Assembly (NCBI GenBank): GCA_004431415.1
Contig: QPMI01000098.1
Coordinates: forward strand, 1-64,000
DNA from: Cyanophora paradoxa CCMP329
Taxonomy: Eukaryota; Plantae; Glaucophyta
DNA: 64,000 bases
Direction: 5' to 3'
The position numbers and the translations under genes were made by a program. Below the pieces are notes generated by a model. It was not told the origin of the DNA. It saw nothing but the letters and a program-made list of their open reading frames with translations, and did not search any database. Positions 12,744 to 25,760 of the stretch are shown in pieces (positions within the stretch are counted from its first letter, which is position 1; each line of letters begins with the position of its first letter).

Positions 12744-14263
12744 ATGGCGAGTATCCCGACCGGCACATGCTACTCGGTGCGCTCAGCGGCGCCGTCGCTT
12801 GTGCTTGCCGCGCACGGCGGCCGCGGGCAGTTGCGTACTCGAGCTCGATGATAAAACTAATTGCCATCGCATTCGGCCAGGATCGAGGCTGCGTGACCTC
12901 GAAAGACACAGGCGGCGCTGTTGAAAAATCTGTGTACGTGAGAGCCCCATGCATACATCTGAGAGCTCGCCTTGAATCGTCCTTGTCCGCGCAATCAGCT
13001 GCTTCAACAACACCAACAAGGGTCACTCGTGGAAAGCGGATCACAGGGACGCCCAGTGTGAGAATCAGGTCATCGGCACCTGCCATACAGAGTTGGACTG
13101 CTCATTTAACTCCATCACGGCCTCTTCGATGACCGAGCTCAACCGCGTCATGTCCGCCCCCCTCGGCCCGATATCGATCGCTCGAACATATATTTATAAT
13201 TATTTTCGCGGTGTGCTCGAGCAGGTGCTTCGACCAGTATGCTGGCAAGTCGTGGAAGCCGATTTATAGCACCACATGCGAGAATGTGAGCCTCATTAAT
13301 ATTGCAATTGATAGTATTGTCTAGATGTCCCGCAAATCGCAAATCGATATCCCGTGGCCAGATTAAGGGCACGTGCTACGACACTATTGGTTGCACCGGC
13401 AATGCTGTTTTGGCGTCCAACGCGACCTTCACTGCCGGCTCCTTCGATTCCGGCTTCACGTGCGTGTCTCGTTTCGATTGATCATGATATCCGCTTAGCG
13501 CTCGCCGCTGAGCGCTTTAGCACCTGCGCAGTTGCTTCAACCTACAAGGCAAGTCGTTCCAGCCGACCGGCGCGACCACATGCACGAACGTAAGCTTAAG
13601 TCCAATCATAACGTTAATCGCCATCGATGTTGTCATGTTCATGGAAAATATCGACACTGGCGACCGCGACCAGGTCAACGGCACGTGTTATCTCAGCCCT
13701 GGGTGCACCGGAAGCACAACCACCGCTGCCACCGCCTACGGGAGCACTACCAAGTGCGCTTCGAATCTCGAATAATCTGAAGCCGACGCTAATTATTATC
13801 CTTCGTAAAATGGAGCATTTTTTCCTTCAAGGCTTGAGCTGCGTTCCACCGCAGGTGTAGCACTGCTGGTGGAAAGTCGTACATGTCGTCTGCGGCTGGC
13901 AGTACATGCACCGAGGTGAGCATGGACACGGCCGCTGCCGCCGCCGCCGCGCGCCACGGGCGGGCGCGCGCCGGCGATATCGGTTTCACAAGCTCCTGGG
14001 CGGCTGTGCATGTGCACGCGCACGCGTACGCGTCTGACGCGGGGAGACGCAGCTGCAGCTAGACAGCGAGGTGCAGCTCCTGGAGGAGGACCTCGAGCTG
14101 GACGCCGACCTGGCCGCGGCCGACGCCGACGACGAGTTTGCGGTGCGCCGGCTCCGGCGCCCGCCCCCAAGTCGACATCACGCGCGCGCCCCGGATCACG
14201 CCGGCGCAGCTTCTGGACGCCCAAGCCGAGCTCGAGGGCGCAATCGAGCCGGAGGCAATTTAA
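12744..14263 (+). CDS. Unrecognised 246-aa protein: four tandem four-cysteine repeats plus an acidic C-terminal tail (10 exons)
   Basis: Exons 12744-12776, 12881-12933, 12999-13151, 13225-13285, 13362-13459, 13532-13589, 13674-13753, 13855-13915, 14053-14142 and 14210-14263 splice in frame through GT-AG introns (741 nt). Repeat consensus: GTC[YH]xxxxC-x14-22-C-x4-6-G[KH]S[WFY]-x7-8-C[ET][NE]. Confidence 0.85.
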
Positions 14264-15946
14264 TTTGAACGCTTGGATGCATTATCAAATTTAAATTGTG
14301 AGCTTAATTAAGCCAGCGCCTCGCCGCATGTAATTTCCGGTTGCAGGTTTCCGAAATACTATCTAAATAGTGTGAAACAACGTGGCTCAATAAGGAATTT
14401 CGAAGGGGCAGAGTGGCGCGATCAAGCTCGAGCTTAGGGGCTCCAACCGATGATCATGAGCCCGGGTGGAGATATACACTGCCAGGCCCTGATCATGATC
14501 ATGATCATGAGGCTGCCAGGCTGGCCATGGGCTGAGGGGGAGAAATTAAAGCTGGCGGAGACAGCTGGGCCGGGGTATATATATCTGGAGGAAGCCTGCC
14601 TGCAGCTGTCGATGATCCCGAAGGGCTATGCGGGCAGCGACGAAGGTAAAAGCGGTTGGCTATAGCTAACTACTCGCCACAGCGTGGAAGGCCTGATCAT
14701 GATCATGAGGGTCTAGATCTGCCAGGGCGACTCGGCGAAATCGAGCGGCCTAGCTGATCATGAGCAGGTATGTGGAGCGAGTGGTCGTGCCCTACGGGGG
14801 AGGGGGGGGATGGGGGCCGGGGGGCACATTGTACATGTTGGGGCGCTGTGGGGTGATGGGGGCACGGCGCGATGGGCGCCGGAGGGTGGCGTGCACGTGG
14901 GGCGGGGCGCACAGGGCACTGCAGCTGGGCGGCGACTGGGAGCGGGAAGCTTAAGCGCGGTGCCGGTGCGCCGAGGGCGGCCGAAGGGCGGCTGGGGGCG
15001 GGGGCCGGGCGACGAGCGCCGGGGCGCTGGGTCGGTCGACGGGGGCTGGCGCGGGCGGGGGGCCGGGCCGGGTTCAGGCGAGCGAGCTGCAAGGCTTTAA
15101 TTTGTCTGCCTCGGGCCGCGAATTCGAAGAGCTCCGCTCCAGGGGGAGTCCGAGCGCCAGCGCGCTCGTCTCGGCACTGGCCCCGGGAGGGGGGGGGGGG
15201 GGGGGGGAGGGGGGGAGGGGGGGGGAGGGGGGGGGGGCGGTGGGCGTCCTCGCGCCCTCTCCTTGGACGAGAAGGGGGCCTAGGCTCGACGCTCAACGGG
15301 GGGTGGGGGAGGGGCCGGGGGGGCCCGGGGGGGGGGGGGGGGACGGGCGCGGGTCGCTAAGAAATTCAGCGGTGTACGTCTGTGCACGTGTCACACGCTC
15401 TGTGAACGCGCGGGAGGGAGGGGGTGCCGCGCCTGCCGCGCCGTGCTGCCGGCCCGCCGCCCGCCGAGCCGCGCCGTACTATAGCTATAGCTAGCGCTAG
15501 TTGTCCGCTGCGCGCCTCCCGGGGAGTCCGCCACATCGTCTCCCTGATCAGATTTTTGCTCATGACTAAATCTGCGGCTCATGATCAGACGCTGAGAAAG
15601 CCTTGAAGCGCTTCAGCAAGATCTCTATAGAGCGCACCGCAGCGTGCGGGGCACTGCGTCATATGCACAGTGCATGCGCAGCACGTCAGCGGCAGCTGGT
15701 GAGTGGTAGCCCGCAACTCGCTTGCTGCTCGCCTCTCGCCTGTACTCTGATGGTCAACGAGCCCGGCCGCGTTCGCTTGGCCGACTGTGCAGCCGACCTG
15801 TTCGCCTAGTCGCCGAGTCGACGCGGCGACGCGCCGACGCGGCGACGGCGCGACGCGGCCGACGCGGCGACGCCACGGATCCGGGTACAGGTTTCGAGAA
15901 GAATAGCTGGGGGGTCCATCGCCGTCCATGTCGGCCTAGGCCGGCG

Positions 15947-19031
<3,085 letters not shown>

Positions 19032-19579
19032 CCCCCCGCCCCTCCCCCCCCCCCCCCCCCTCTCCCTGCCCCGCACCCCGCCCCGAGCCCTCCGTCCGCT
19101 CGCCGCCCCGCCACCGCGTTCCCGCCCCGCCCCGTCCCCACCGCGTCCAGACGAAACGCCCCGCCCCGAGTCCCGCGGCGCGCCCCCTCTGGGCGAGCCG
19201 CGCTGTCCTCCCTTCCCCGCCTGCCCCACGCCAAGCCCTCGTCCTTTCACCGAGCCCCGTCTGGGTGCGACCGTCCCTAGTGGTATTAGTACGGGTAATT
19301 AGCTCCAGGCTTAGCAGGCGCATCGCAGGACCTTTTTCCGTGGTCTATCCGCGTACTCTCCTCCCGCCCCACCCCCTGCCCTCCCTTTCTTTGACACTGT
19401 ATTGATTGATCATATTGCTTGCAAGCCCTCGCCGGCGTCTGCGCAGCAAACAACGGGCATACCTCAGCCTCCAGCCTGGCAGAGCACGTGCAGAGCTATA
19501 CAACGGTTGCAACGATAACACTGTATACGTACATGCACATGTACATGCGGAGCAGGGCTGGAACACGCTAGCGCTACGT

Positions 19580-20217
19580 TTACAACAGGTCGAGGGGGGA
19601 CTCCTCGGCCGAGCCGCCGACGAGCTCGGAGACCTGCGGGCGCGGATCAGGCGCGGGGCGGAGGCGGCGGGGCGGGGCGGGGCGGTGCGGGGCGCGCGTC
19701 GTCCTTGGGGTCGTCGTCCTCGTTGATGTCGCTCTCGACCGGCTCCGTCTGGCAGGCCGTGTACGCGTCGACGAGCGCCGCCCACTCGCTCTCGTCCAGC
19801 CCGCCGTCCTCGTCCTCGTCGAAGGCGGCGAAGGCGTCGCGCACCGCCTGCTCGTCCGCCGCCTCCGACGCCTCGAAGCCAACGGTCTCAAGGATGAGCT
19901 GGAGCTCTAGCCCGTCCACTTGTGCGATCTCGATTGTACTAAAGTCTCCTGCGCACGCGCCCGGCCGGCCGAGTGAATAGAGCGCCAGCTGAGCAGCTGG
20001 CAGCGCGCTGGCGACGCACCGCTGGACTCGGCGAACGAGCCGAAGGAGTTCTTGGCGTACGCGGCGTCCATGAAGCAGCCCTGCAAGGCCGCAGTTAGGC
20101 CGGGCAGCTGCGGCGGGGCGAGCCCGCAGGCGGGCTTTCGGGCCGACAAGGACCCGCACGCACAATGTAGTCAGCCGCGACGGCGGCGGCGTCGGTGACA
20201 GGTGCGTCGGAGGCCAT
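19580..20217 (-). CDS. Small acidic EF-hand calcium-binding protein (4 exons)
   Basis: MASDAPVTDAAAVAADYI / GCFMDAAYAKNSF... / ...VRDAFAAFDEDEDGGLDESEWAALV... / VSELVGGSAEESPLDLL*. Canonical 12-residue EF loop DEDEDGGLDESE. Confidence 0.75.
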
Positions 20218-20507
20218 TTTTTTGATGAGCTCAAGGCCTAGGGATACCGCGACTCTGGCGTGAGGATAAGTCGAAGGGACCGGAGACCCTCGCTTCTCGA
20301 GAGTCCGAATTCTTCATCAGAGAGCCAAACCCGACTCATCGGGAGCAATCGCGGCGGAGCGGCCAGTCACTGCAACACTTCAGTTCCGGTCGGCCTGCAG
20401 CGCGAATGACGTGCGTTTTTCTTCCCCGCTCTAGGCGATCGATTTCGACATATCAGACGCCTCGGCCGACCGTCGCATCGCTCTATCGCATCGGGCGTTT
20501 ATACGGC

Positions 20508-23077
20508 ATGGCCGTTCGAGCAGTCCCTCGCACGTTTCCTTCGCTTAGACAGCATACAATGATGATCTTTCTTTAGCAGACAAGTAGCGAGCTGCATACA
20601 GTTCCTCCCGCCTCCGGCCCCGACCAGGCAAGCGCTGATCAATGCGCAGCGGAATCCTGTCTGCCGTCCTGGGCGACGGAGCGGCATTCACGGCCGGCGG
20701 TCGCATCGCCGTGCGGACCGAGCAAGCCGTCTACGTGCGCGCCCGGCGGCCCTGCGCATCCAGATCTCCGCTCGCCCCTCGCCTCACCGCGGGGCCGCGC
20801 ACGCGCAGTTCGCCGGGGACACGATCACCGGCCTGGTGTACCTCGAGGCGAAGGAGCACGTGAGCGCGACGAGCATCACGCTCAAGTGCAAGGGCTTCGA
20901 GAAGTGGTGCGCGGATTTCTTCAGACGTAACGAGATCACTCCCCTTTGATGCTTACTGTTTGGCCTCCAGCGCGTTCTACACCAGCTCCTCGCACACCGT
21001 ACGCGATGGCGACTCGTCCCGCACCGAGACGCGCGAGGAGCGCCACGACGGGAAGCAGGTACCCCCGCGCCGCCCCTCCCCCCCCGCGCCCCGCCTCGCG
21101 TGGCCGCTCACCGCCTCCCGCCTTCCCACGCTTGCAGGAGTTCTTTCGGGTGCCCCCTCCGCTCCACGCGGCCCCCCGATCCGCCCTCCCCGGCGCTGAC
21201 GTACCCCCCTCCAGGTGAAGATCCCGCTGGCGTCGTACCCCTCGCAGATCCCGCCGGGGGCGTACCAGTGGCCGTTCACCTTCGCGCTGCCGCCGAGCCT
21301 GCCCTCGAGCTTCCACTACCAGCGGGGGCGCGACCACGCCGAGGTCGCCTACAAGCTCAAGGCCCGCCCCCTCCTCCTCCTCCTCCTCCTCCTCCGCCCG
21401 CCCCGCCCCGCCCCGCTGAGCCCTCCCCCGGCAGGCGATCGTGGAGGTGCCGGGGCTGCTGAAGCCGAACATCAAGTCGACGCAGAAGGTGGCCGTCCGC
21501 CAGCGCTTCAGCAACCTCATCACCGCCCAGCGCAAGGAGATCGAGGTGCGCCCCACTCGAAAAGAGGGGGGGAGAGGCCGGGGTCCACGCCGGCCTGTTT
21601 CCCGACGGCCCGGCTCGCTCGTGCGCTCGTTTGCTCGTTCGCGCAGGACACGGTCCGATTCTTCTGCTGCATCCCCCGCGGCCGCATCAAGATCGAGGTC
21701 CGACCCGCCGAGGACTTCTGAGGCCTGGAGGCGTTCCGATCGCTCAACGACTGTGCGCCCGCCCCGCAGATGTGGTGCGACAAGTCGGCGTACGTACCCG
21801 GCGAGACCGCCCAAATCTACGCCAAGATCGACAACAAGGTACCCCTCCCCCTCCCCGGCGCTCGCCCGCACGTCCCTCTCCTCGATTCTGAATTGCGCAT
21901 CCCCGGGCAGAGCTCGAACGACGTACGATCGGTGTCCGGTGAACTCATCGCCCGCACGACTCTCCGCAGCAGCTCCGGCCGCACCGAGACGTACGCATAC
22001 CCCCCCCCCCCCCCCCCCATCCCTCGGGGCGCAAGAAGCGCGGCGCGAGCAAGGGCCGGCCGCGCGCAGGAACGAGGCCCGTCCGGCGCGCCTCAACAGC
22101 GACGGCAGCGACCTGCAGGCCGGCGTGGTACCCTATCCCCCCCGTCCCCGGCATTATCCCCCCGCGCGGGTTCGAACCCGCGCAGGTGCAGAAGGAGCGG
22201 GTCATCCCGCTGCTCCTCCCGGCCGACCTCCAGCCCTCGGTGCGCCCTCCGCCCTCGTTATGACAAGGCATCGAGCGGGCGAGCGAGCGAGCGCCGCCCC
22301 GCCCCGTGCCTCAGGTGGAGGGGAAGCACGTGAAGCACGAGTACCTGCTGGACGTGGAGGTGGACGCGGGCTCCTGCACCTGCAACATCACCTGCCAGAT
22401 CCCCGTCGTCGTCTACGCCCCCAGCCCGGTCCCCCCCCCCCCCCCCCCCCCCCTCTGCCCCCTCCCGAGCGAGAGAGAGAGCGCCTCACGCGGCGCGTGC
22501 AGCCGTGTGGGGCACGTACTGGGGCGTCCCGGCCCCGGCCCCCGCCGTGCAGGGGCCCCCGATGGCCCTCGCGCCCGCCCCCGGCGGGCCCGGCACCCCG
22601 TACCCCGCTGCCCCTATGCCCGGCTACCCGCCCGCCCCCGGCGCACCTGCGCCGGGCTACCCCCCTGCCCCTGGCGCTCCCGCCCCTGGCTATCCACCCG
22701 CCCCCGGTGCGCCTGGATACCCCCCGGCTCCTGGCGCACCTGCGCCGGGGTATCCGCCTGCCCCCGGCGCCGCGCCCGGGTACCCCCCTGCTCCTGGGGC
22801 TCCCGCTCCGGGCTACCCGGGGTACCCGCCTGCCCCCGGCGCCCCGGCACCCGGGTACCCGCCTGCTCCTGGCGCTCCGGCGCCCGGGTATCCTCCCCAG
22901 CAGCCTGCTGGCTATCCCCCGGCCGAAGGGGCTCCCGCCGCTCCCCCGGCGCCGTACCCCCCGGCCCCCGGCGCCGAGCCGTCGTACCCCGCCCCGGCCG
23001 CGGCGCAGGCCGCGCCGTACCCCCCGCCCTCTGCTCCGGCCCCGAGCGCGCCGCCCGCACCCCCGAACGCAATGTAG
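20508..23077 (+). CDS. Alpha-arrestin (arrestin N and C domains) with a C-terminal GYPPAPGAPAP repeat tail
   Basis: VYFAGDTITGLVYLE...ITLKCKGFEK; IPPGAYQWPFTFALPPSLPSSF; AEVAYKLKAIVEVPG; CDKSAYVPGETAQIYAKIDN; HEYLLDVEVD; IPVVVYAP. The start codon is uncertain; the first firm exon begins at 20650. Confidence 0.85.
22619..22925 (+). repeat. Coding tandem repeat (about 24-33 nt units) encoding GYPPAPGA(PAP)
   Basis: About 9 GYPP units visible in ORF 22505..23077. Confidence 0.85.
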
Positions 23078-23164
23078 GAGAGTTCATCTGGAAGACGTGC
23101 TGCGCTGCTAGAACTAGTCTCAAATACAAACAAAGTCCATGCCAATCGCTCCTCTCACTGGGGC

Positions 23165-25705
23165 CTAGCGCCTGCCGGGCTGGCGCCTCTGCAGCTCCTG
23201 GAGCCACGAATCCATGACGGGGAGCGCGGCGCCGCGGTGCGCGCCCTGTGCCTGCGCCTGCGCCTGCGCCTGCTGCTGCTGCTGGGCGGCGAGCAGCAGG
23301 GCCGCCTGCTGCTGCTGGAGGGCGAGGACCTGGGCGGCCTGGGCGGCCTGGGCCTGCTGGAGGGCGGCCGCCTGCGCCGCCTGCTGCGCGAGGTGCGCCG
23401 CCCCGTTCGGCTGGAGCAGCTGGTTCACCAGGCTGCTCAGCAGCGCGTTCGCCTCCGCGGGGCCCGGCGGCGGCGGCGAGGGCGAGGGCGAGGGCGAGGG
23501 CGAGGGCGAGGCGCCCGGCCGGCCCCGCTGCTGCCCCGGCGCCCCCGCTCCCGCTCACGCTCCCGCTCGCGCCCGGCTTTCGCCGGCGGCTCGGACCGCC
23601 TGCGCTCCTCGCGGTCGCTCGCGCGGCCCTTCTTCTCCTTCTTGGCGCCCTGCCGCGCGCTCAGGCCCGCCGGCCAGCCCGGCGGCCGCGCCCGCGCACC
23701 TTCCGCGCGCCCTTGCCCCGCCCCCGCTCCTCCTCCTCGCTCTCCTCCTCCTCCTCGTCCTCCTCGTCGCGCCAGCGGTTCTTCTTCTTCGCCGGCCGGC
23801 GGTCCCCCGCCTCCACCTCGTCCTCTTCGGAGTCTGTGTGGCCCAGGATGGCCTCCACGGGCCCCTTGCCCTTGCCGCCTCCGCCTCCGCCGCTGCTGCT
23901 GCTGGCGCCCCCGCCGCCTCCGCCGCCTCCGCCGCCCTTCTTCCTGTCGGGGCTCTCGCCCCGCTTCCTCCTCGGCGGGCTTGACCTCCGCTCCCGCTCC
24001 CGATCCTTCTCCCGCCCCCGCTCCCGCTCCCGCTCCCGGTCGCGATCCCGGTCGCGATCCCGCGAGCGGTCACGATCCCGATCTCGGTCTCGGTCTCGGT
24101 CTCTGTCTCGGTCCCGTCCAGACTCCCGCTCCCGCTCCCGCTCCCGCTCCCGCTCTCGCTCCCGGTAGCGCGCGGGCGGCTCCGACTGCGTCCGCTCCGG
24201 CGGCGCCGCCGCGGAGCGCGCCCGGCCCCGCGCGCCGCCGCCCTTGGCCGGGCAGTCCTGCGGAACGGGCGCGGAACGCGCGTCAGCCCCCAACCGAGAG
24301 CCACGGGGCGGGGCGCGGGGGGCGGACGGACCGAGAGGAAGTGCCCGCTGGCGCCGCAGAACCCGCAGAAGACCCGCACGCCCTTCTTCGGCGGGGTACA
24401 GTCCTGCGCGGGCGTCGGCGCCCGGCGCCCGGCGCTCGGGCGAGCGGGCGGGGGGGTACAGGGGGCGCACGACGTGGCCGTGGGCGCCGCAGGCGAGGCA
24501 GCGGGCGAAGGGGAGGCTCTCGTCCCACGCCCGGCGCCGCATCTCCTCCATGTCTTCGGAGCCCTCGGAGCCCGAGCCCTCGCCCTCGCCCTCCCGCCGG
24601 CCCCCTCGCCCCTCCGGCGCGCCCGTCTTCCGCGGGCACTCCCGCGCCACGTGACCCTTCTTGTTGCAGATGAAGCACGTGATCTCCTTGTGCTTGAAGT
24701 TCTTCTTAGGCTCCGGACAGTCCTGCACACAGGCTCAGACGCCCCTCGAGCTAAGCCCGGAGCGGCGTGCGGGACGAGGGGGCGCGCGCGCCTTCGCCTC
24801 GTGGCCGGGCTTGTCGCAGTTGAAGCAGAGCGCGTTGGGGCAGGCCGAGCGCGTGTGGCCCAGCTGCCCGCACAGATAGCACGGCGCCTGCTTCTGCGCG
24901 GGGCCTCAGGCGCGGGGGGGGCGGGGCGGGGGCGGGGGCGGGGCGGCGCGCGCCCGCTCGTTGATGCACTCGCTCGCGTAGTGCCCGATTTCGCCGCAGT
25001 TCTTGCACTTGAGGGACGTGTCGGGGGCCATCCAGTAGCGGCGGGAGGCCTTCTTGAACTCCGCGTCCTCGTCGCCCCCGCCCTCGCCCCCGCTCCCGTC
25101 GCTCTCCGCGGGGCTCCCGCCCTCCTCTTCCGTCCCGGGAGGCCGCACGCGAAGCTCCGAGTCCGGCGCGTCCCCTTCCGTCTTCCTCCGCTTGGGCTTC
25201 GAGGGCAGCACGATGACCTTGCCTGCGGGACGCTCAGCGGCGCTAGCTAGGGCCGCGCGCGGAGCGCCGCCCGCACCTACGATGCCGCCGTGGTCCGCGG
25301 ATAGCCTAGAGAGGTTGAGGGGCGCTGGCGTGAGAGCGGGCCCCGCGTCCTCGTCATCGCTGTCCTCCCTCCGTTTCTTCGCAGCCGCGCCCGGCCCATC
25401 GTCATCGGAGTCCGAGACTGTGTGCAGCCGCTCCTTCCAGATCGATCCCGCGGAAGCCTGCACGCGCGGCGACGCGAGCGGTCAGCGTACGCAGGCGACC
25501 CCGATCCCGTCCGCTCCGGGCGCGGGGAAGCCGGGCCACACGAGCGGTCGCTATGGCGCTAACAATGCGCAGCGCAGCGGCCCGCACTATCAATGCGCAC
25601 CTGCACCTTCTTCCCAGAGGCGGCGGCTTGCGGCGGCTCGTCCTCGTCCGCGCCCAGAACGAACGAGGTCGACCTCGCGTACTGGTAGTCCACCGTGCTC
25701 GCCAT
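23165..25705 (-). CDS. Multi-CCHC zinc-knuckle RNA-binding protein (Air1/Air2/ZCCHC7-like) with RE/RD dipeptide and Q/A-rich tails
   Basis: CKNCGEIGHYASEC, CYLCGQLGHTRSAC, CFNCDKPGHEAKDC, CFICNKKGHVAREC, CLACGAHGH, CGFCGASGHF. (RE/RD)n tract at 23985-24160. Start MASTVDYQY at 25705. Confidence 0.8.
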
Positions 25706-25760
25706 TTCAAGCCTTCAACTTCCACCCGCAACCGACCGTACCCTCCCGAGAGAAAAAAAG
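25706..25760. promoter_or_regulatory. Putative bidirectional promoter/5'UTR region between the zinc-knuckle gene and CNOT10
   Basis: Only 55 bp separate the two inferred divergent start codons. Confidence 0.5.

Noticed and set aside
14450-15360. MSRYVERVVVPY resembling a pogo/DDE_1 transposase fragment, plus long poly-G tracts (possible G-quadruplex)
   Set aside because: Too short, with no other DDE motifs or TIRs. Poly-G/C runs are common throughout the window.
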